Below are positions 27,991 to 41,780 of a DNA stretch of 64,000 bases, one piece after another. Made by a program: the position numbers and the translations under genes. Source of the DNA: Botryllus schlosseri (lineage: Eukaryota); the NCBI GenBank assembly GCA_051294905.1, contig CM119372.1, positions 27,096,001 through 27,160,000 of the forward strand, read 5' to 3'. Below the pieces are notes generated by a model. It made no database searches, was not told where the DNA came from, and saw only the letters and a list, made by a program, of their open reading frames with translations. Within the stretch, counting starts at the first letter, position 1. Every line of letters starts with the position of its first letter.

Positions 27991-30100
27991 CATACTCGCC
28001 GACTTACGAGGTTACGAGGTGGCGCAGCCACCTCGTGACCATATTTACGAGGTGGCGGCCACCTCGTACAAAATGCTCGAACGCGCAAGTGATTTGTGAC
28101 CAGTAGTTAGTAATCAGGCGAATCGATGCGACCTCGTTAGAGACGTCTTCGATTTCGATACGCGCGTGTGCCAGGCGCGTAGCCACGGTGGTTTCGGAAG
28201 TCGAATTTCCCTATTTGACACGCGAAACCCCGTCATTTTGAAATGATCATTCTAACTATAATATTCAGTTGCAATTCAATAATTGTGTTATCAGAGTTCC
28301 GCGCGGCTGATTTGGGATAAACGTGTTGTCAATTAGCGACAAGAGTCTGTGATGACCTCCCGCTGAGATGGTCGCGAAATTAGGTCATTCATTCCCGTGC
28401 GCGTGGCATTCGTCGCTAGCCTGCTTTATCGCGTCTCGAACAAGCCTGATACCGCAGGCTTGAACAATCGCATCTGCAATAGGCTCAGTTCACACTATAT
28501 CATAGCTTGCCTGCGCAATCGCATCTGCATTGGCGGCTTCGGCCTGCCGTGCACGATATCATTGCTGGCCTAACTATCGCGTCTCGGGCTTAAGCATGCT
28601 TTGGCTCCTATCTCTCGCTGGTTTGTTGACAATGTGGTCGAGTTGACGCTAATTAGTGATTGTTTGATATGTCATATTGATTAAAAGGCGACATCGCAAA
28701 ACTGAATAACATCGAATCGCTATACAAACAGACTTGAACGTGCGTAATTGATTCCCGCTAATACTTTAACGTAACGATCAGAAGACGTGTATCACGGCTT
28801 GAGTTCTGAAAGACGACAACGGTTTGAAATCGGTGCCATCAAGTTCGGACATTTTGATTTGCGAAAACTGTCGCCGAGACTGCGTAATACGCGCGCGTAT
28901 TTAATTGTTCGCCAGCGATCAGGGACTCTCTGATTGACAGCAGTCCCCGACTCTTTGGCAAGCTTATCATACGCCTAAAATCGTCAATACGAAGAGATTA
29001 TATGATCGCCATTTACACATGTACTTAACCCTAATTGAATTGATGCTATATTGGTAAATTTGAAAAAATCCTAGCCCTCTAATCTTCCGACTCACTACGC
29101 GCCTAGCGTGCGCTGAGAAGCACCATCCTAGATCTCCTCTCCCGACTAGGCGCCCGATTAGACGTTATGCTTCTCTAAAATCCAAATTATTTGTGCCAAT
29201 ATTCGTTTACAAAACCATTCTTGAGCTAGCTAGCTTCGTGATTGTCTTGGTAATCGGAGCGCGAAATTGGAGGGTGTGTTGGTGTGTGCCTGCAGATTGG
29301 AATTCATTTCTGCGCATATTCGTTTCTCTAGCAAGGCTTTGCGAGTGACATGAATCGGAAAATGCAGCAATACAGCGTAAACACCGATATAATGAGAAAG
29401 CAATTGTCGCAACGAAAGCTACTCAATACTGTGTCAGACTCAAAACCCATTCGTCACTATACTATTTAGGATACACGCTTTCTCATTTGTCATCATCTAT
29501 ATTTCTTGTTGTCTGCTTGATATATTCGTACTCCGATATTGTCGCAGAATGTCATTTTCAGTCTTCCTTTCGCTATTAACGTGCAATAGGCCATGTCAAA
29601 TATTGATGCATCACGAGATACTGGGTGGCACAAATTCTGAACTTATTCGATTCGTTTGTACGGGGGAGCCTTCTATATTCCGATAAACTTGATTATTGGA
29701 TGTACTCGTATCGAGAACAATAATATCGAATTTTAAACTATTAGGCATTTGGTAGACAGTGGATTCCTATTGACAAGATCGCCGCGATCGCGGCATGCGC
29801 CCGGAAGTGGAATTAATTCTAGCCCAGGGCGGCCAACCTGCGGCCGTAGAAGGAAATTTGTCCGGCCGTCAACAAGTAATTCAATTAGTATTTGTTGGCG
29901 GCTGGCGACATGCAAATTGAACTAACGAAATGACTCCCAAATTTTGAGAGATTTTAATAAATCTTGAAATTTTCTTTGTGCTGAGCTAGATTTAATGATA
30001 CTTCGCGAACGTAAATCGGAGAATGCACGGATGCCGCCGAAATCGCTCTTTTAATCTGCAAATTCGCCACCTCGTAAAAAAATAAAAGTCGGCGCCTATG
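27991..30100. mobile_element. Non-autonomous hAT-like element (CATAGGCGCCGACTT TIR)
   Basis: Ends CATACTCGCCGACTT / AAGTCGGCGCCTATG, TSD CATGTACA/AATGTACA, subterminal CCACCTCGT repeats at both ends. Confidence 0.8.
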
Positions 30101-30504
30101 AATGTACATGTACGTACATCGTACATGCCATATGTAGACACGATGCGATGTAATGAACAGATGAAAGGGGGATGTCGAAAGACCAAGTCTGGTCTTTTAA
30201 TTTGACATCCAATTTGCCCTAATGCCTTTCACTGGGTCCTATTCTGTTTTATAAGACTCCGTAACGTCAATGGGGTTCACAAATCCGACATTTCCACGGT
30301 CAATAAGATATTCCTGTATTCCTGTTTCAGTGTATGGAAAAACATCCTGGTACGAATAACGATAAATTTTGTCGGACCCTACCATACCAACTCACTGCTT
30401 TCACCTGCTTCGCCCATGTCCGAGCCAATAACACATGTACCTAATAAAACTTAATCTTATCATGTCTTACAGAAGCGTAGGTTTAGAAAGTAGAATAATC
30501 ATCA

Positions 30505-33500
30505 ATGGCGAAGCAACCACGCGAGAAAGAGCCAGTCAATATCGTTCATCAAAATGACATCCTGTGTGAGACGATCAGGAAGGAGGTTCGCAATCAAAAG
30601 CTTTACACGAATTACAGCGTGAACCCATACAAGAAAAGTAAGTGCATTGTCAGTGTGACATTCTCAGAATTACTTGAAGCGTTGATGTTTGCTAACCTGC
30701 ATTATCGGTAGTACCGGACTTACGACTTCGGAATACCTGACACCGAAAGGTGTTGAAGGTTTATCTAGATCAGGGGTGTCAAACTCAAATTGCGTCGCGG
30801 GTCGGATTCAAACCATCTGATCGCTCGCGGGCCCGATCATTCAAATTATTGAAATTCCATACCCTTTGTTTTTGCTTGAATACTCGATTATTAAGCTTAC
30901 ACAATAATATATTACATTATAACGGATCATAGTGTTCTACTCTAGCAACACCTTTATTATCGAAGAATGGAATTAGCAAAATTGAGAATACGGTAATATA
31001 AACTGCGATAAGAGAAGATATAATAAGGTATAATTCATGTGTATGCGGCATGAGGAATACGAGAGAGAGATATTGAAGCTGGTACATTACTGTTATATCG
31101 CGATTCGGGTTTCTCCTTATGCAGAGGTTCTGTTAGTTAAGTCATGAGCGAAATCGGGAGTGCGTCCACAGATATTTGAATATATTTTTGTGTAACAATA
31201 ATATTCTCCATGTAACCTGCAAATACCGGATTCTCACTATGGCGGTTTCACTTCTGTAAATAACTACTTTTTGGTCCGTTACTAATTTTAGGTCTGACGG
31301 GTCGTATGTTTGACACCCCTGATCCAGACTCCTCGTCATGGTCGTCCACGCTGCGAATAGACAGCGCCTTGCTCAAGGCAAGAGGTAGAAGTCGGCTGTT
31401 CTAACAAGCGTATGTCGCAAATGCCTGCCGAAGTATTCTATGTTCTCCGCTTTGTGAATCGAGTATTATGCATCGCGGATATATATACTATACGACATAC
31501 GTAATGCAGTTGCCCAGGCCCTGGTTCTGCCCGCTGCTATACGTGTAAGGTATCATATTTTTTTCTGCGCCTCAATTAAGAGTGGAGTTAGGGGGGTATT
31601 GATCGGTAGCGTCAGTGTTGGTAAAATTGGACGTGGGTCAAAGTTTCTGAAATAATACATTCCCAAAGCAGACTTTTTCTAGCGGCGGAGACTGAGAGAA
31701 ATCTAAAAGAGAAAACATAAACCAGACTATATTTAGGCTATCAGTATATTAAAGTTCAGTACCTCCAAGAAGCTCTTCAAATAAATCAGACTGGTGTTTA
31801 TTTTGCATTAGGCTACGACAATTCGTACTGAGCCATCATACCACCACCACTAACTACGAAACTTTCGCTTTGCCATTTTTATAGCGTTTTATGGTTAATT
31901 ATACGTATGCGATGGACATTAGGCTACCTCGTTTAGAACTGGAGTTTAACGTATTATATCGCAAGTCGAAGTTGTTGTTTAATAAAAACATACATCCTAA
32001 AGTCGGCGCGAGTTGCGACCACAATTCTGTCCTTTCGCACCGTTGAATTTAGAAGAAATGAACGAATAACTTTCTATCCACAGTGTATACGTTAGCGGGG
32101 AAGCCAAATTCTTATCACGACTCGGCTGACGGCGAAGAAGACGGTGAGTTTATAACTTTCTTAACCTCTATAGTGGCGCGGCGCGATGTGTTGAAGTAGT
32201 AGGCCTGCGATTACTACTATAACTTCTACAATTGTTATTTTTCGTCTTTCGGGCACTTAATAACATCATATCATGTCCCGTTATTTATCAATATACTGGA
32301 CACCCACAGGAATTGAAATCACTCACCGGTTAGTCACACGACTTATACCGTTCTAGATCCGATACAGCGATTTTCTTGCTAACCTATCCAGTCGTACGTA
32401 TCAATGGATCTTCAATTTTTCATTTAATATTGGGATGTTGTTGATATTGTCCACATTATGACGTCATATTCGAAATTTGATGCAGCTTCCACGCGGAGGA
32501 TGGGCTCATTTCCAGTGCGTGTTTGAAATATATTTGCCATCATCAAAACACGAAAAACTAAGTAGCTTGATTCGATGTAATTGCATAAATGGTAAGGTAA
32601 CCTGATGTAACAAAATGCCATCAAAGTTCATATGTAGTTGAAGGTATATAAATTTAAAAGTGGAGCATTCAGAATTTCACATAAAATATACACAATACAA
32701 CGATACAGCGCTTCTGTAGAGTAAAACTTTTAACGTAGGCCCTATTTGTACTACATAGTCATATTTTGCATTTAACAGCAAATCTGCATAGTGATTTTAT
32801 GCCGTATAGTTACGATTAGTCGTTGCGCGTTTGTAGAAATGTGGACCGCGGGATATCTGAGTAGGGTTCGTGATCTTTTGTCTGAAATCGATGACTTGTA
32901 TTGTTTGAAATTTAGATTCATGGAAATAGCTAATCATTTTTCTCAGAGACATTTTTACGGATCATTCACCGAGCGTCGGAAGAACCAGTAAAGAAATACC
33001 TCCACCCACAAACAGAAGCTCAGGAATATGGATGGATTCATAAACCGCTGGTAATATATTATGAAAATGCAATTGCCGACAATGTCACATGCTGTCATAG
33101 TCAGTAGGATCCTAACTTCGGAACAAGATTCTAATTTGAGATGAGTAAATTTGCTCATTTAGCTGCATATTAGTCATTTCTAGATTCATACTAGGATTTG
33201 GACATAAACAAATTAAGTTAAAATTTCGATTTGAATTTGTGAAAAATAATATTGAACATGAATGGTACATGATACAGTGTCATGAAACGATTCTGATAGG
33301 AATTTAAAGAAATGGATTTGGATCGAATTCTAATTTCTTATGTAAACTGGTTTTGGATTTGAATGTGATGATGAAATTTGTGAAATGAAATCGAACTAAA
33401 TCCTTGATTCCCTTTGTTCCATCTTGGAATCCTAATCCTGTATCCTGGAGATCAGTTTTATATTCGCGAGCATGATCGAATCCAGGGCATGTCTATCCTC

Positions 33501-33660
33501 ATCTCGTTGACTAGTTTACCACCGAGTTATCCCTTCTGTTCGACAGGTAAAGCAAAACCGAGGCGACAGAAGACTTCATTTCCCGCGACAAAATTCCGAA
33601 ATCACGAAATACATGGACGCCGCCTGGCGGCTGAAAGAGCAAACCGAAAATATGCAATGA
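30505..33660 (+). CDS. CFAP144: Cilia- and flagella-associated protein 144 (FAM183 family), 4 coding exons, 136 aa
   Basis: Exons 30505-30637, 32084-32143, 32947-33050, 33547-33660, with GT-AG introns and consistent phases (411 nt). Translation MAKQPREKEPVNIVHQNDILCETIRKEVRNQKLYTNYSVNPYKKMYTLAGKPNSYHD...FLRIIHRASEEPVKKYLHPQTEAQEYGW...RRLHFPRQNSEITKY matches FAM183A motifs. AATAAA at 33723. Confidence 0.92.
30771..31321. mobile_element. Charlie-type hAT MITE in cfap144 intron
   Basis: TIR CAGGGGTGTCAAAC, TSD ATCTAGAT/ATCCAGAC. Confidence 0.82.
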
Positions 33661-34419
33661 TACACCTCACGAAATTATAGACAATATTTTTCACACTACC
33701 CCGTTTCCGGCACGCAGAAGCTAATAAAAGGGCGTCCGTTGTTTATCTCACATTTTTTACGTCTCGTTCCCCACACAAAGAAGCCATGACCCACTCGAGA
33801 AGCGTCTTTGTCCGTCGACTACGTAGGGAAATTCCATTCCCGGCCGTTAATTAGAAGTTGATTAGACTCCCCCCTCTCCTTCTCATGTTGCGTTTTTAGT
33901 GCCGTGGTTGGTCTATACTTGCGGTTCGAGCACGCGATTGATTTCTGGACTGCTTGTGCACTCATTTGGAGTGCTCCGATGGGTTGTATTCTATCGCACT
34001 TATTTACTCGTGTAGCTTCAATCATTTAATAAATTGAGCAAAGCGTTCCGTTGGTGATACATACGATATTACTAAGTGTTTATACACTGCGGGGATTGAT
34101 GATGAGGTAATGCTGGAATATCCACAAGTTGTAATATTGTTATATATTGGCATGATTTACAACATGTGACCAGTAACTGAACAATAAGTTACTTCTGCTC
34201 TTCGGCAGAACTGAAATAAAGCAGCTTTGGAGGATCGATTATGTCTTTATACGGTTAACGGTGTTCTGCTCAGAGGTGGTGAGAGTATAGTCAGCGTTGG
34301 TACTCCAATAGAAAACGATGTCGTAAATTCCAACGCAACCACAAGTATAGAAGAAGAGATTTTATATCATTTCAAAAGTACTTCAAGTCTCTTATAAGTA
34401 GCCTGTTTAGACTTATTAT

Positions 34420-37400
34420 CAGGGCAAGCTTTTGCAACTTTTTTTACAGCTTCCGACAGGTTCCTAGATACTCAGAAACTATGTACTATGATGTTTTATG
34501 CCGTTCGGAGGGATTTTATAGCGCAACTTTTTGCAACTTTTCTCTATTTTTCATACCAATTTTTACTGCAACTTTTATCAAATATTGCGTAAAAATGTAA
34601 AGTGGTTACTTAAAAACATGCTATAAATCAGTGCTTTTCAACCTTTTTGAGCTCTATTCGCACTATTTTTGTGAAATAAATTCCATTCGCACAAACCAAC
34701 CGAAAATTGTTATACAAAAAAAAAATGAAGATACTTAACAACATTCTCATCAGATGTGCAACAAATGGCTACTATGTAGCTTAAGCTGTCGAGTGTCTCA
34801 TTAAAAAGGCAACTTTTTTGCTCTTTTTGATTTGAACTACTTCACTAAAGCCCTTGTCGGCCAAACAAGTTGTTGGCTTTTGTACAAGAACGTCTACTAG
34901 TGCTTGGATGGCCAGGTCTAAACATATTTTCTGCACTCCTATCCAAAATACATCGTATTTTTCGCGAGTGAAAAGTGCTTGCTGGCAGAAATCGTTTTTT
35001 TTTTCGATTCCCCATTTTCTGTCTCGCAAGCAAATTAACTCACGATACTGTGTGTTCAGCTCTTTAGCTCAATCTAACTTGAGAATTCATAACAGTTTAA
35101 TAACGTTAAAGCAGCTTTTTATATTACCACCAAGATCTGAGTTTTTGTGGCATCTCGCGACCCGAGCCTCACACATGGAAAGGAATTCCTTTTTTATATT
35201 ACAGCTACGATTTTATGTACATGTATTGTCTTACAGAACGCGCACACCACCATTCTACCCAACACAGCTCCACAAATGTCTGATGCACGCGATTTCAAAC
35301 TGGGGTGAATTAAATTCCTCTGCTTGTCACAGTTGTACCATACTGTCTACTCAGATTGCAAGAACGGGACTATTCCGTGCCGACAACCGACCATATCCAT
35401 ATCGAAAGGTTTGGCCATCCAGCATCGGTCATTTTTTGGCCAAGGTTTTGTCGCTGCCTGTGTTTTGGCACCGCATTTTATCAGTGGTTTGTTGGCCAAA
35501 ACTTTACGTCTTCATGTGCCCCGACGCAGAAGGGGTTGACGTCGAAATGAATGAGTCTCATAGACTTGAACTAGCTCGTTGCACATCCCTACGGTCTTCG
35601 ACCATGTTTTCCAGAAAAATCAGTCTGACAAATCTTGTCATGAATTCTCATGATAAAGCTATATTTTCTGGGTGTATCGCGTATTGGCTACAGTACCCTA
35701 CACGGTGACCTTGGATATGTAAAAACTATCGCAGGATTTTTCGCAATAAATCAGCAAATATTACATACATATTGACAGATAGTTCTAGCACCGTGTCGAC
35801 CCAAAATTACACCTCTTGCGGTCCATACTTTGATAACCCTTGAAGGGGTAGAAATTTGCGTTACAGTATAACATGCAAATGTGAGTCTGTCGTGATGGTA
35901 TAAACTACGATAATCATGCATCGCGCTAATCGAACAGTTATTACGAAAGCATGACGATTGTTTACCCTTTAGCGAAAGAGAGCGTAAAGTTCATTTGACG
36001 TCATTTTTCCAGGACAGAATGGTTCTATTTTCTTTGATTTGCATAACTAAGAGCTATATGATGGGTTACATGCATATCCCTGTTATCTATGACGCAATGG
36101 CTTGCAAGCAAAACGTTCAATCACCCCTGTCAAGCACGAACCTGCCCAAACAATATGTAAATAGATTACTTTATTAATTCTGTCATTTGAATTTGAGATA
36201 GTTTCTCATTTCACCAACGCGCAGGCGAGAACGACGACAATTACATTTTCACTCGGTACCTTTTTCAGGCTATTGATTTTGTTAAAGTCGCCAAGAGTGA
36301 GTTTTTCTACAACGTCTTGGGTCAAGCCGCTGTCAACTAAAATCTTTTTCGCACATGGCAGCTTCTACTTATTTCTCTGTGTATGGTCAGAATTCAATAT
36401 TTGAATATTCTCTTATCAACAACTATTACCGTCACTGCCATCCAACTATCAGTTGGGATTTCTAACGTTCTGGTTGCTTTTTTTAATTTCATGATACGAC
36501 GATAAGGGATGTGTGAAATTTTTTTGCTATCATGGCGTGTCCAAAAATTTTTAAGAACCAGTGCCCCAATGACTTCCAGATTTCATATTTTGCAGCAGAC
36601 TGGTAAATAACAAAATCTTTTATGTAAATCTGCAAAATTTGTATTGACTCAAAGAAACGATTTCTTTGTTATTTAAACAAAAGTGATTGGCATTAACCTG
36701 ATATAAATACTTGTAATGCAAGCCCAAGAATATTTTTGATGCCTGGTTAGCAGGCCCAATTTCATTAAGAGTAAAAAAATACTTTGTTACTTGTTTATCG
36801 TGGTAGTGGTAGTGAAACTGATACATTCATTATTTGTTTATTTACAATAAAATTAGAAATTTACAAGCCATAATTTGATCAATTTTAAATAAGTTTTAAT
36901 GATTTGTGTTGATCATGTTTTCCGTTAACGGACGTAACCAATGAATTTGATTCCATGCCATTGTCACGAAAGTTAAAGATACTAAATGATATTTTGTTAT
37001 CACTATCCCTAATTCCCTATGCATTCATTTTCATGATTGAACGAGTTGCATGATATTTGTAGTGAGTTTGCTCTTGATCATTTGTGATGTTCGTGATTTC
37101 ATGGACTATTCCGGAAACGGTTTCAACTGCTGATCTGAATTTATGAAACCCTGTCACAGCAGCTATTGGAAATTTCAATGTTTGCACGTATTTAATCACC
37201 CAGGTTGGGTATTATAAGCGTCATCTATTCATGAATCAATAAAATCTGATTTTATTTTGAGCCCTGCGTTCCGGTGACTAGTCAACCAGCCACTTTGAGG
37301 CTGAACACTTTTTAGGTAAACACTTTTAATTTAAACACTTCGCAACACTTCTAGGCGTTCAATTTTTGGATCACGTTTTGTGTTCAATTTTCCGGGTTGA

Positions 37401-37748
37401 GCAACACTTCAAAATTTACAGTGTATGCATATCTAGCGGGTTTGGGGTTTATTATTTGACTTGTTTTAGGGGGAGGTGGGGAAATTATTCTCGCATTAAC
37501 TAATTATTCCCGCATTAACTAATTTTTTTGCAAAAATGTAATTTTTGGTATTCTCGCCAGAATGTCCATGAAATGGCAAAATAACAAATTTGACCACTCT
37601 GCAGGAACTACGTTATACAACGGAACCTTTCGATTATCTCATACCAGACTAATTTACCAAAACCTATAAATGCAACTTTTTACTGCAACTTTTGTCAAAG
37701 TATAGTGCAACTTTCTCGTGATTTTAGTGCAAGAAAAAAATTGCCCTA
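34420..37748. mobile_element. Composite hAT-like element (YAGGGCAA ends, GCAACTTT repeats) with nested insertions
   Basis: Perfect 8-bp TSD CTTATTAT (34412-34419 and 37749-37756). A nested Charlie-type end starts at 34629. Confidence 0.8.
34800..35030 (-). pseudogene. Decayed hAT (Charlie/Buster-like) transposase C-terminal dimerization-domain remnant
   Basis: VFWIGVQKICLDLAIQALVDVLVQKPTTCLADKGFSEVVQIKKSK resembles the hAT consensus FW...LA..AL..L...TTY..E.GFS....IK. It lies next to a CAGTG TIR at 34629. Confidence 0.65.
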
Positions 37749-38071
37749 CTTATTATAGTGACTAGGTTTGCATTTAAAACAAACATCATGATAAAACAAA
37801 CATGTTTAAAACATGGCCCTTGTTTAATACATGTTTTTTATTGTTTTTTTTTTAGCCATGACGTCACGAATCCTCAACTGTGACGTCACAGTGGATTGAC
37901 ATTGACAATTGCAACTATAGGGTAAATATGGCTTTTTCGACGAAAAGGGCTTCCGAACACTGCCATAAACAGACCAAAAATATCTTTAACCAGGACTACA
38001 TCGTTATGTAGCATTTTTGCGGTCGGCTGTCATCATCATCAGAACACCCATTCCGTACCAATGGTCTATAT

Positions 38072-38917
38072 CGGAGGTCGCCAACTCAAAACGGGTCGCG
38101 GGCCATTTTTCAAATTTCGTATCGGCCGCGGGCCGCAGGATTTCAAAATCGATATAAAGTAGGCAACCACATTTTAAAACTCTTCGTCAGTACAACGCTG
38201 TGCTACCTAACATAGGCGATGGGTGTGGTATAGTGACCACAGAAGAAGTAATATTTTATTATTAAAGGAATACAAATGCAACAAAGGATCACTGTCACCA
38301 ATTTCATGTTATTTTGAGCTCTGTGCTGTGCACGATACCTGGAAACGCTTTTTGGGGGTAGCGAGATACGGTACTAGCAGTAAGACCATCTCCACTTAAA
38401 GCTTGATCTTGTGGTGCAGCCCTAAGCTAGTGTTTTCAAACCTTTTTAGACATGCCCCCTTTATGATACTGAACAATCCCCTCCCCCTTATCGTCATATC
38501 ACAAAATGCATCCGTGATGCTAACAATCCCAACGGATGGTTTGATGGCATGAAAGGTTATGAATGTTGATGAGAGAATTCTCTATAAATTCCTGATTATA
38601 CACAGAGCAACATCTATAACTTGAATTCGATGTAAATCGCGCGGAGCGCGAAAAAATTTTCAGTTGGCCACAGCTCCGCGTTTTTCAGATGCTTTTACGC
38701 CCCCACAATGGGGGAGCGCACCCCAGTTTCTGAACCACTTCCCTAAGCCGTTTTCTAAGCGTCTCGGTCTTGGCAGTGTTTGAGCCATTACGCGTAAATT
38801 TCAGCATTTCAAAATGTTTTCTTAGCTTTCTTCCGAAATCTCAAATCACGCCGCGGGCCGCAAAATATGACCTCGCGGGCCGCATGCGGCCCGCGGGCCG
38901 CGTGTTGGTGACCCCTG
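38072..38917. mobile_element. Charlie-type MITE with a nested MITE at 38428-38740
   Basis: Outer TSD GTCTATAT (perfect), inner TSD CCCTAAGC (perfect). Confidence 0.85.
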
Positions 38918-39203
38918 GTCTATATCTACTTGCTATGACTGTCGAAACGACCACGATTCCAAGAGTTCCAGCCACTCTATATAGTATACGTCGACTATAT
39001 ATTGGATGCAAATCGTCCGTAGGCTCATATTACATGTTTTTCAAAAGTATTTACACAGAGCCGTGCTACCATAGTTGGCAGATATGGAATCAAACATAGA
39101 ATATCGACCTAGCGTAAAGGACTATTGCAGTCGAAAACACCATAAAGGCCACAAACAACGACACAGGCTATGTAAGTAGCGATCACATATAGATGGAAAA
39201 TAC

Positions 39204-40370
39204 TAGGAATGGTGCAAACCCCTAAAACAGTGGTTCTCAAACTGGGGGGTTCAACTGAAAAAAAAGTTCGCGCTTTGCGCGATTTATCCCCAATTCATAT
39301 TTATTGCTCTGTGTATAGTCCGAATTTCATATTTGAGAATTCTCTCATCCACATTCATTACCGTCCATGCCATCAAACCATCCGTTGGGATTACTAGCAT
39401 TCTGATTGCATTTTGTGAAATGACGATAAGGGGCGCGCCAAATTTTTCACTATCATGAAGTCAAAGAAAGTTTGAGAACCACTGCCCTAAAAGGTTCAGG
39501 TTCGTGTGAGCGCGAACCTTTTTGAAAAGTTCTGTGTGAACGCGAACGTGAACCTTATGACGTCACGTGACAAGTTCCTAATTTAAAACATGTTTTTTAA
39601 GCCATGACGTCATGAATATTCAATTGTGATGTAATAATGGAATGACATTGACCATTGCAAATAGAGGATAAAAATAGCTCGTTTGACGAAATATCTGTAC
39701 TAAAGCTGTTGAACTGACTATTTTGAGTTGGCATAATATTACAACTGAAAAAAACACATTACTTTTAAAAGGCCTTTGTTCAAAACACTGTTTAAAACAT
39801 GTTTTAAACAAAGTGATTTAAAACACCGTTTGTTTTAAATGCAACCTTAGATATATTAAGGTACACGATAGATAGTGACGACTCAGGCCACATAAGCCAG
39901 AATGCTATTAAGTACCTGCTGGCGTTTTAAAAGTCACCAAATGTATCAACTGGAGCAATCAAATGCTATAATAAAATCAATAGGCTAACTTCCGTCGCGT
40001 TGCCAACAGTTTCGACGAGGACTTGCAAGGGAATATAAGCTTACGCCTCAACGGTTTAGGCTAGACCGGTAGACCGGATACTGTATTCGGCGTCTGACTA
40101 TTTCTTCATTGATATTGAGCAGAGTGTAAAACGGGTTTTTATACTTGCAACCGATATTATACCCCATAACCAAGTTATACACTAGCCAACACCCCAATCG
40201 CACGGATTTGTTTTCTATGTTACAATAAGCCTATGAAATCAAAATGGATCCCGTACACGCCTGCTAGATTTTTTACATTAGACAACGATATATTCGTTAT
40301 ATCAATTTCACTGATTGCTTGGATAAGCATCATTCCCACAGCCATATGTAGTGTATATCGTTCTTGATGT
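39204..40370. mobile_element. Partial inverted copy of the 20324-21936 family, with nested MITEs at 39228-39484 and ~39575-39849
   Basis: Reverse-complement homology to ~20670-21936, lacking the 21087-21695 insert. The inner element CAGTGGTTCTCAAACT has a perfect TSD CCCTAAAA. Confidence 0.8.
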
Positions 40371-40490
40371 TGTGTCATTGAGCCTTCTTAGTCTCAGTTA
40401 GTCAGTATTGGCTACAGCAAGCAATCTCAAATTCCTTTTCGTTTTGTTCTGGCACTGATTGTGGATCTAGTGAGTATATAATCTCATCAT

Positions 40491-41300
40491 TATGGCGATT
40501 TTTTATGACCTAAAAAACGGAAGATTTTGACCTAAAAATCAATATTTTGACATTTTGTGACCTTAAAAAACTTAACGTTGACCAATTTTTACCTCATTTA
40601 TGCAAATTAGGTGTTTTCACGACATATGTTACAATTGTAGTACTTATCTTCATTTCTGGTTGGAACTGTCTGTCCATATGAAGTAATCTGGCCTGAAAAA
40701 ACTTTTTTGACTTGAAAACTGACAAAATTTTTACACCAAAAACTTTATTCTAACGAAATCTGGACCTTTGAAGAATGCCAGTAGGCCTAGTTATATCGCG
40801 CATTTTGGCAGAAATAATTAAAATTTGTCGTAGTAGGACACAACGAAAGATACTTTCGTACATTCTCGGGTCTGTCCTTATCTTGAGTAGCTTGTCAAGA
40901 ATGGAGAAAAAACGTCTGGCTGGCAACACTGAAGTTGCGCGTACACTGCTGGGAACACACCGTGTGTTGCTCCATTCAGACAATATTGCTTCGCGTTATT
41001 CGGAAGGCATCTGTACCCCAAATAGCTTGTTTAAAACCCATTTATTTCATTTGATTGTTTATGATTCACAATGAGCGGACAATCGGCCGTCTACAACCCT
41101 ATAGGGCATAGGCTAAAGTAGTCTACAAGATCTAACATTTCAAATGATAAGATAACCGATGGTGCAAACATCTACGATAAAAACGAAATGCAGGCTGCAA
41201 AATATTTTTGACTTTGTAAACAATTTTATTAATATTTTGACCCAACGCCATATTTTGACAAAATTTTGACCTATCTTGACATGTCTAAAAAATCGCCCTA
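40491..41300. mobile_element. hAT-like deletion derivative with a possible transposase C-terminal remnant on the minus strand
   Basis: Ends TATGGCGATTTTTT / AAAAAATCGCCCTA with subterminal TGACC repeats. Minus-strand peptide ATSVLPARRFFSILDKLL resembles the hAT TS...ER.FS motif. Confidence 0.6.
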
Positions 41301-41780
41301 CGAATCACGATTACCCCACGTCTGGTCACCAATACTAAAAGCAAGAAATCGAGTTACAATAAATCGCGTGAGGTGCTAAGAAAAATATCAAGTCAAATAA
41401 ATCTGCCCCGAAATATTCTACGTTGTCATATACGAAGATCTACGAAAAATGTGGCTGGCCCCTGGGTACGCCAATGCGTCGGCACTGACATTTTAGTCAT
41501 CGACATCCTAAATTTCGCGGTCAAGCTATCACACTTTTTGGTTGGCCTTGCAAGTTCACAATAAATTACCTGTGTAATTAATTTGTTTGATAAATTGAAC
41601 TAATTTCGAGAATTACCTCGCGGGTTACGCAAAACCTCCTGACGGGCCACATTTGGCCCGTCGGTTACTACGGGTATAGGCCACCCCTGATCCTCAAGCC
41701 GCTACCAATTTCGAACACAGTCTCTCTTGAACGTGCTGTGCAGGACGAATAGCCCTTATCTAAAAATACAAGTTTCATGG

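Noticed and set aside
34854..35708. 284-aa plus-strand ORF
   Set aside because: Non-ATG start, no recognisable domain, and antisense to a decayed hAT transposase inside a transposon.
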